DNA of 63,772 nt, the filler included, from Aduncisulcus paluster (lineage: Eukaryota): the NCBI GenBank assembly GCA_024181965.1. It is 6 parts of 6 records of this genome, joined end to end, with 100 filler letters (N's around TTAATTAATTAA, not from the genome) between each part and the next. Parts side by side here need not be neighbours in the genome. Positions count along the whole stretch, not along the records: positions 41,893 to 57,539 come from BQXS01012604.1; positions 57,640 to 63,772 come from BQXS01012615.1; 4 more parts are not named here. The stretch is one strand, 5' to 3'. The notes beneath the pieces were generated by a model. The model did not search any database. It saw only the letters and a list, made by a program, of their open reading frames with translations, and was not told the DNA's origin. Below, in pieces: positions 55,150 through 63,772 of this stretch (positions are counted from its first letter, which is position 1; each line of letters opens with the position of its first letter). The position numbers and the translations under genes were made by a program.

Positions 55150-57539
55150 TTATTTCCTCGAAACACTTGTCATTCCACTTATCCATTCTTCCTCGACCCT
55201 CGAGCATGTTCTCAAGTATAATTGAGAAGTTTCAACACTCTCATGGAACATTATGACCTTAGCCCGTGTACCAACCATTCTCAAACATGAAGAAGGATGT
55301 ATTTTTGCAGTTATCCCGTTGATTATTTTGTAATCACCATGGATATCTTGTAAAATGGCCAGTTTACCTGCAGAACCAGCACAGAATGCTTTCAAAACAC
55401 ACTCATAGCCATTCTCGTGAGAATCTTCCTTCAATGTTTCGTTTTCAGAGAAATACGAACTGTTAGGATCAAGTCCAGCCCTTTTGGCGATTCCATACAA
55501 TTGTTCTCTAATTTTAGAAGCCATGATAATACCTCTTTGAGAAACAAACCTTTCCAAACACCATTTCTTGAGTTTTGTGTTTGAAATATTCCCAAATTGC
55601 TGATCTTCTTCTTCCTCTCTTCTTCCTCTCTCTGCTCTTCTTCTTCTTCTTCTTCTGCCCTTTAATCATAGATCTAACACCCAACCAGAGATTTAAGAGT
55701 GTGATATGGTCCCCATACGGGCTGAAAAACACTCTTTTCACTCCTTCGGCTCTCTTCCTCTTCTTCTCATCGGTTGGGTTTACCCATACATGGTCCACGG
55801 AAAGCAATGAAATGACACTCAATACATCACCAAGACACCCAAGCTCATGCCCTGCGATAAGAGTTCTTGAAAGAGAAGGAGAAAGGGGAAATTGAACCAT
55901 AGATTTCCCAAGGGGTGTTAAAAAAGCAAATAAAGTTGAAGAAATAACGGAATCGTCGGATGTTTTCTCAAAAGAAGAAGCAGAAGCAGAAGAAGAAGAA
56001 CTATAAATAGATTTTTGAGAATGAAGAGAAAGAGAATTACGAATGACAACTCCTTTCCGAACCTCAACTTGGCATGGTTTAATCTTGATAGCCTTTAAAT
56101 ATAACAATTCTTTCAGTGCAAGTGATAATGCAGCCCCTGACGGCGAGGACAAGAAAGGAAATAAGAGGGGAGTATGGATTCCGACCCCAATAAGAACCAA
56201 TAAAACCCCTGTTAAAGGCGCTCTTACGATCTCTGGAATAGCATTTGGAGGCAAGGAGTTAAAATATGATTCTCTTGTATACAAATGATAACATACCCCC
56301 GGTGCCTCTCTTCCCGCTCTTCCAGATCTCTGGCGAACGGAAGCACGTGAAATGGGGAGAATAGAAAGTGTCTCAACTCCATTTTTAGGTGAGAAGTTTC
56401 TAATTTTAGCTACACCAGTCTCAACGACATATCTTATTCCGCTGATGGTCAATGATGTTTCAGCAATATTTGTCGCGATGATCACACGACGAACACGGGT
56501 ATTTGGAAATCTATTTTTAGAATCAGATTGAGAGTAAAAGTAAGACTTATCTTGACTTTTACCACTTATCATTGACCAATCTTGACCCGGTGATGACCAA
56601 TCTTGTATTTTTTCTTTCGTGAACACTCTCATTTGTTGATCATATGGCAGAGCAGCATAAAGCGGAAGAATTGACATAGAATGCGATGGAATAGTTTGAG
56701 AAATTAAATTTGCAGCTAAATATGGATGATTATTCTCCCATTCTGTTTGTTGATGATCAGAAGAAAATAAAACAGAATCACCCGAAAGGAGAGCTTCTTC
56801 ACTATTGGAAGTTCTTGATGCGGATTGTTCTAATTTTAGAACCTTCTCATGATCTATTTCTGAACTAATTAAATGAGAAAGTCGTTTTGCTTTTCTTTTT
56901 TCTTCATCTGAAAGGTCATTCATAATCAACAAGGAGGAAAGAGAAGAAGAAGAAGAAGAAGAAGAATAGGAATCTGAAGAAGATCGTTTTTTCCCAATTC
57001 GCATGAATTCTTTGTCCGAATTTGACAGTTTTTTATATTGATCGTTAATCTGGTCTTGTTTAGATTTCCTGATAGGTCTTAAAAGTTTAAAATCTAATTC
57101 TTCAAGTTCAGAAAACTCTTCTTCTCTTTCTTTCTTCTTCTTTTCTTCTCCTTTTTTCTTTGTTTCTTTCTTTGTAGACATCTCTTCTTCTTTTTCCTTC
57201 TCTTTCTTCTCCTTTTCTTTTGCAATTTGAAGTAATTCAAAAACTCTTTCTCTCTTCCTTTCCCACACCTCTTCTCTTTCTTTTAGAGCAGTCACGGCAG
57301 ACTCAACCTCTTCTTGTCCGGTCACAAACACTAAAACATCTCCAGTGGTCGTAGTATAAAATATTTCTTCCTCCTCTTCTTCTCTCTTCTCTTCTTTTTC
57401 TTTATGATATTTAATAAGCTTTTCTTTACGTTGCCTCCATTCTTGTTCTTGAATAAGATCGCTATAATTAGAACATTTTTCTTTCTCATTCAACTCTGCA
57501 ACTACCTGAATCGCACTTTCCAGATAATCATCAACTCCA
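55150..57539 (-). CDS. DEAH-box RNA helicase, DHX33/Dhr2-like; 5'-truncated, one frameshift near 55610-55660
   Basis: GDVLVFVTGQEEV, LPLYAALPYDQQMRVF, ATNIAETSLTISGIRYVVETG, QRSGRAGREAPGVCYHLYT, HA2 (LTPLGKSMVQFPLSP, GDHITLLN); second frame WCLERFVSQR...IHPSSCL (OB fold). Confidence 0.88.
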
Positions 57540-57639
57540 NNNNNNNNNNNNNNNNNNNNNNNNNNNNNNNNNNNNNNNNNNNNTTAATTAATTAANNNNN
57601 NNNNNNNNNNNNNNNNNNNNNNNNNNNNNNNNNNNNNNN
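57540..57639. other. artificial scaffold linker
   Basis: N44-TTAATTAATTAA-N44. Confidence 0.98.
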
Positions 57640-57801
57640 TTTGGGGAGAAGGACTTCTTATACAAAGTCAATGGTAGCAGTATCATCACGAGCACATGGT
57701 CTGGAGTGACAACGTTCCAAGACATTCGTGCTGCAATCTTACTCGTTGTGCTATTTGGGATTATCATTCTGTTGGCAAGTATCAAGTTCCTGATGTGTTG
57801 A
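57640..57801 (+). CDS. 3' end of a protein with a C-terminal TM anchor
   Basis: Manual translation FGEKDFLYKVNGSSIITSTWSGVTTFQDIRAAILLVVLFGIIILLASIKFLMC*, followed by long T-rich UTR-like DNA. Confidence 0.5.
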   Translation, partial: FGEKDFLYKVNGSSIITSTWSGVTTFQDIRAAILLVVLFGIIILLASIKFLMC

Positions 57802-60506
57802 TGTCTGGTATGAATCTGTTCTGTTGCTGCCAAATTCCCTCTATTCGAATTTATAGTTTATAATTGAAATTATCGTTTATAATTGAAGTGAGGAATTTTT
57901 AGTTTTAGAATAATTTTTTTGAAACTATTTTATGATTATTGCTATTTTTTATAGCTTAAATATAGGAACATGATATCAGTTTTGGATACTGATGTTCGTT
58001 GTTATCTTCAGGATAACTATCTTGTTTCTTATATATTCTTATACATATGGTTTCTTTAAGGTGCTTTTGTTTGTTTTTATTTTGTGTTTTAAAAAATAAT
58101 TTAAAAACAATTTTATTCTCTTGAAGTTTTACTTTTACAATGATTCTTTCAAAACTGCTGGTTTAAATTAACTTAATACATTTATTGCTTTTATTTATTT
58201 ATTATTATTCTTATAAACCCGTGATCTGATTATTATTACTCTTACTATTACCTTTACTATTACTTTCATTAGTTCGCTTTCTCTCTTCTTCCTCTTTCTG
58301 TTGTTCTGCTGGATTACTTTTCCATTGGATGAAGAAGAGCTTTATGTGTAGAATTGCTCCATTGTTCTTTGAACCTCTGTTCTATCACCTTTGCTTTACA
58401 GCATTTTATTGTTGTTTTGGTTATTATATTTTAATATATTTTAATATATTTATTCATTTGTTTCTTTCTTGTTCCCTTTTCTGTTTTCTCCTTCTTTTTT
58501 ATGGTATATATGATATTAGATTATATTATAATCGTTCTGTATTGGTTTTCTATCTATCTTTTTTACCCCCTAATATTTCTATTTCTTTACTTTCTTTCTT
58601 TCTCCCTTCCTTCCTTTTTGTTTGCTTTTTCATCAAGGTTTCTTTATCCACTTGATATAACGTATTGTGATGTATATGCCGTGTTTTAAGTTGGCCAATT
58701 ATGTTGATCTTTGTGGATTTCTCAGATTATTAATGACAGTATTGATATTGATATTGATATTTCTAGTATATATATTAATGGTATTGGCTTTTGTATTGAT
58801 ATTGTCATTTTGATGGTAATCTGGTCTTTTTCTGTTGCTATTTTGTTCTGTTCTGTTATGTTCTGTTATGTTCTGTTTTGATATATTTTTGATATAATTT
58901 TGATATATATTTTTATTTTCATGTTGCTATTGTCCTTGATTTCGCCTCTATTTGTTACCCTCCGTCCTTCTTTGTCTTTCTTCTCTCCTGATATACTATT
59001 ATATTATTATTATTATTATTCATTGTGGTGCACCCTTTCCCTTGCTTTGAAGCACCCTCTATTTCCCCCTGCATCTCATATCTATATTCCTCGCCTGTTC
59101 TTTGTGTGTGTATGCGATTCATATCTAATTCATATCTAATGGCATAGAGTTTGTACTCTTGTTCCATTTTTACCACTCCCATCGAACGATTCCCTTCATT
59201 CATTATTATAGGTAATTATCTATCTTTTGATGCGTTCCATCATGTCATTATATCATATTATTCCTTTATTGTTCCATTATAGAATTATATATTATATTAT
59301 ATATTACAAATTACAATTTACAATTTACAAATTATACGAGAGAAGTGGAAGGGAAACAATGTAAGAAAAAACATCAATGACAATCACAATGACAATATAA
59401 AATATATCAATTTCTGTAGTAACACGAAAAAAAAAGTTAAAAAATATCCATCTTGTGGTTCCATTTGTGTTTGTAACAAGCCATATTTTGTTCTTTTGTT
59501 TTTTGCCTAGAAGTTGGTCGATGATTGTAGCAAGAAATGTTCCAAATCAGAGGTTAACTGTTTTTGCAAAATAAGTAAAATAATCTAATCCTTGTAAGTG
59601 GATTCCAATGGATATTATTGGGATTTCAGGCAGAACAGCCGCGATATTAGAGTCTATCGGAGAGAGTTAGAGAGTTGAAACGAAGCATAAAGAAGCATCA
59701 TGAATCGTTGTTTGATAAAATTGATTGAATAACCAACGTGATAGACATGGGCATTATCCATGAATAAATCGATCTCCCAAGACCCAGACTTCAGAATCTC
59801 CAGACTTAGGACATTTTATAGGACAAGTCACTCGGATTTGAAATCCAAAAAAAATATCAAGGAAAATACAATATTGACACGGCAAAGAGTCACTGATCAT
59901 AATAATTCGCCATAAAAGATGAAATGGAACCATTCACAGATTTCCAAAATCTCTATTGCAACAAAAACGATCTTCGAATCACAGCAATTCTTTGGAGCTT
60001 GTGATTTACATGAGAACGACCCAATGGCCATGAGTCATGAAATATAGTATTTATACCATATTATCTACTCCAGAAGAAACAGACAATTGGACTCTTTTAA
60101 AGGATAAAAGAAGGCTTCTTCTCTAACTGCCAATTAAACAGCATGGGTATATATGGAAAAATATTATTTTTTTCCAAAATTACGCAAATAGATTAATGTC
60201 CAAGAGCCATGGATAACCCCCAATGCTGGAGATACACAAAATGTCGTTTTAAACCTATTATTTTGACCGAGTCCATTCCAGCGGATAGCCTAAAGGTGTT
60301 GTGATTCCATATATTTGGATATATTATATTCCATTATCTTCAGTATTTTTATATTTAAACAGTTTATTGCTTTTGTATGTTTATTTCCACATTTGTCTTG
60401 TTCCATGTTCGATTTATGTTTTATTTATGTCATAAATTATAATTTAATCCTTATTTATTCGATTTTTAATTGAATTGGGTTTTGTTCACCTCTGACAAAT
60501 TAGACC

Positions 60507-63294
60507 ATGCCACGAAATCCTTTTACGCAATTTGAACTTGAGAAATTGAGGGCAGATATTAAACTTACAAAGGATAGATTATCTGTTAGAACTCTATTTG
60601 ATCGAATTTATTCTCGTTTTGGGAATACTTTGGATGAATTCTCTGAATCACCTTCTGCTATTCTATCTCATCGAGAACTTTTGACTCTATTATTTGAATG
60701 TTTATCGTTGATTCTTAGACACACAGTTTCATATGCAGGCAAAAATGAAATTGACATCTTTCTTGTCTCTCCCGGTAATGATGAATATTCTTTGCCTATC
60801 ACAATCTTATTTCATCAGATGTTCAAGATTGAGTCTGTTCTGAGGGAAAATGTAAGGGGCAAAAAGGGGGAGAAGGAAGAAGAAGAAGGAGAAGAAGACA
60901 ATGAAAATATTGACCACGATATTTTTGATTCGAAAGAAGAAGAACAAGAAGAAGAAAACGTGGGTTCGATAACGATATTTTTGATTAGAATAATTAAAAT
61001 CTCCATGACAAGAGATTACAACCTTCGTAGAAATCTATATCCCCAAGTTTCCCATCTTCTCTCCAAAATGTTTTCCCTTGGTCAAATCAAGAAATTTGAA
61101 GATTCTCTTGTTGAGGATATCCTTGAAATATGCTCAGAGTTTGCGTTTTTAAGGGATGATTCCGTCAAGGATCCCCTTTCATTAGTTCTTCACCCTCATA
61201 TCCAAGCCTGGATGAAGAGGTACCCTGAAAAGAAGTTTTTTACCCAGTGGGTCTGTATTCTTCGCCATATTACAGCTGGAAATAGCGATAAACTTTCTCA
61301 TAAACCCCGTTCTGCCTTAATGTGGTCCATGTTACACCCTGTACTGAATGTTGTAAAACATATTGGATCCAAAGAAATGATATTTGATGGTAAATTGGAT
61401 ACAATTCTATCTTATTCCTTAATATTCTTTTCTAATCTAATCAGTGTACCTGCCCACATTGCTGAAATGTATGAGGAAACCAAAGAGTACCTTGAGAACT
61501 GGTTTAAATGGTTCAGAAAGGAAAAGAAGATGGAGTAGATATTGGTGTAAGCTTGTTTCTACTTTCTCAACAATTCCTTCTTTGTCCTCAATTATCCCCT
61601 AAGTTTGACTATGCAATGGCATGGTGCAAGAAAAATGGATGTGCAAGTATTGACTATCCAAGATACCTCGGCAATTGCTTCCCTCATTTGAGGAAATGGG
61701 TTGATTTAATTGGTTCTATCAAGGAATGTGAAGATGACCTTCTTTCACTCTTTACCTCGAACACAAACAAGACCTTCTCAAAGTGTTTTTTACAAACATA
61801 TCCAGGAGTCAGATAAAAGAACACCAAAAGGAGATAATCTTGTGTTGTCAGTGTTTAAAAGCCTTTTGTAATCGAAAGCTTGATGGAGGATTATTCCATT
61901 ATATTTAGATCTTGTGACACCTTCATTGATCATTTGTCCAGAGTCGAAGAGGTATTGGAAACAGACATTGATAAAGAGTATTGTACAATTTGTCTGAATT
62001 ATAGTCGCTCTGTTGATGAAAATGTAAATTATTATTACTTCCTTCCAAAGATATCTCCCACATTTGAACGTCTTCTCAAGAGAGGAACTGAGGAAATACT
62101 TGGGAAACCTATTCCAAATTGTGTTGTTAATACTCTCAACAATATTTCAAAATCAAGCAATTCGTCAACAAAACTTTCCGTTCTAACTCTTATCAAACCT
62201 TATTTTAAGGATTGGTTGGAAAATTATGGAAGGGAAGGTGCTTTCAATTTTTGTTTTTGGATGTTCATGTCTATGTTAAACAATATCACATCGAAAAGGT
62301 TCTTTCAATTGAATGAAAAATCCATAACGAAGTTTTACCTTTATTTCTTTGTGTGATTAAAATTGTTCGGGATGAGTATTGTGGAGAAATGATAACATGT
62401 TTTGATTGGGCTAATCCCCTTGATGAAATTCTACCATTCTTCTCCAATTTGAGTCGTTTTCATCCCCGAATTGTTTTTCGCTTGCTCACTTCTGATTGTC
62501 TTCTTGATGGATGGCTTGTGCATTTTTTTAGGGAAGAATGGATGTTTGAAAGAAAAAGGCAAGATATTGATAAATTGGTTTATTTTTTGTTAAGTATCAT
62601 TGCTAATCTATCTGATACAACATGTCTCATTCCTCAACTATCTCCAAAATATGATTGCTTTATGATGAGATGTTATGGTAGTGATTTACATGGATATAAA
62701 CATGTGTATTATGAAAATCGCCAATACTTTACCAATGTCATGTCTTTCATCGCATCTTCTTCCTCTCATTTCTCCAACCTTCTCCACTCTATTCCCATGA
62801 TATCTATGATCCCTTCTCTTGAAACATCTTTATCCCCCGATTCTGACGGGTTTATGTATGCGTCTCATATTTGTTCTGGAATGAAATTTGTTCGATCACA
62901 GAAACACTTTACCCCAAGAACTAATTTCTATATCAATTTCATTGATAACATTATGAACGGTACCTCAATTGAATCTAAATATGTTAAAAAGGTTGGTCCA
63001 ATCTGTGAATTACTTGATGATGATAAAGATGATGAAACGTATCCACTTATCAAACACTCATCTGTCATTCAATACACTCCTCAACATCTACTCGTAACCA
63101 CACCATTTTATTCCTGGGATGTAGGGTTCTTGATGCAATCCACATATGATCTTATTGAAAACACAGGATGTGGCGTGGAGATACTATTTGACGAAAAAGT
63201 ACCCTGTCGTTCATTTGAAGGGTATGATCAAGATGCTTGGAGAAAGACGATGGAAGTTGTTGTCCATGGAAGGGAAGAAGAAGGGGAAATATAG
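60507..63294 (+). pseudogene. frameshifted member of a lineage-specific helical-repeat (ARM-like) family
   Basis: Four collinear + ORFs linked by frameshifts, e.g. a third frame gives WSRYWCKLVSTFSTIPSL just before PQLSPKFD. Internal repeats: PQLSPKFDYAM/PQLSPKYDCFM, FFSNLI/FFSNLS, PQVSHLLSK/PKISPTFER. Confidence 0.65.
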
Positions 63295-63452
63295 ATTATT
63301 AGTTGGAGGTTCTATTTATTTGATCTATTTTTCAACTCTTTGTAATATTACTAATATCGTAATCTATGAATTTTTAATGTTATCAGATCACAGTTATAAA
63401 TCATAACTTATGATAACTGAGTTGATCCCATTTTTGACAATTAATAAATGTG

Positions 63453-63488
63453 ACTGGATGACATCCAGTGGAATCCACTGCAGTGGAT
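63453..63488. repeat. cluster of adjacent or overlapping perfect inverted repeats
   Basis: ACTGGATG-A-CATCCAGT (63453-63469), CAGTGGA-A-TCCACTG (63466-63480), ATCCACTGCAGTGGAT (63473-63488). Confidence 0.85.
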
Positions 63489-63507
63489 GATTGATTTCCC
63501 TTCAAAT

Positions 63508-63772
63508 TCATGCATTGTCAGAAGATTGGACGATCTCCCAAAACCGTGCCTCACACGAAGCAAGGGTAAGATATAGCATTCCTTGAGCAGTGTGGATCTC
63601 ATCGATCCCCGCTCGCTTCAAGGCAAGGACAGCATCTCCACGTAGAAACTCGTCGGTGAAGACAGTGAAAGAGAAGAACAGTTTTCGAAGACGTGCGAAG
63701 CGAACACCAACATTTATCAACTCTGCTACTCCATCCGGAAGAGAGTGATACGATGTCAAGTCAACAACATTC
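63508..63772 (-). CDS. 3' end of an unidentified protein continuing past the window end
   Basis: Frame open from the window end to TGA at 63508; higher GC than the flank. Confidence 0.5.
   Translation of the reverse strand, partial: NVVDLTSYHSLPDGVAELINVGVRFARLRKLFFSFTVFTDEFLRGDAVLALKRAGIDEIHTAQGMLYLTLASCEARFWEIVQSSDNA

Noticed and set aside
58329..59203. Hydrophobic short ORFs in T-rich DNA
   Set aside because: F/L/I/Y-rich translations expected from T-rich intergenic sequence; no motifs
61500..61900. Stop-codon reassignment or programmed frameshifting as the cause of the broken ORFs
   Set aside because: Conserved genes in the window read through with the standard code and end in TAA, TAG or TGA; the breaks are indels without a shared slippery motif

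Overview
AT-rich, gene-dense eukaryotic DNA with no intron that I can support, read with the standard code. It looks like an anaerobic metamonad (Fornicata, Carpediemonas-like). The 60.5-63.3 kb repeat family recalls Aduncisulcus paluster, but this is from memory and unverified. The window is not one locus: five artificial 100-bp linkers (N44-TTAATTAATTAA-N44) join six scaffolds, and six 20-N gaps are each flanked by an uncollapsed 0.3-0.5 kb direct duplication. Recognisable genes: alpha-tubulin (5' part), REEP/Yop1, SHQ1, a 7TM GPCR-like protein, a DHA2-type MFS transporter, exosome Rrp40 head-to-head with a very divergent and apparently catalytically dead Rrp6, a PACS-like C-terminus, a TMC channel, a C2 protein, ALG13, a NEK kinase, a DOC-BTB-HERC2-SH3-like protein, MCM6, a ~2700-aa TmcB-like membrane protein and a DHX33-like helicase. 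One scaffold is a transposon cluster: a deleted chromoviral LTR element with 101-bp terminal repeats, an intact hAT transposase and relics. Family calls rest on motif recognition by eye against reference sequences quoted from memory; no searches were run. The best leads are the Rrp40/pseudo-Rrp6 pair, the PACS-like gene, the mini-chromovirus, and the TMC and GPCR-like sensors.
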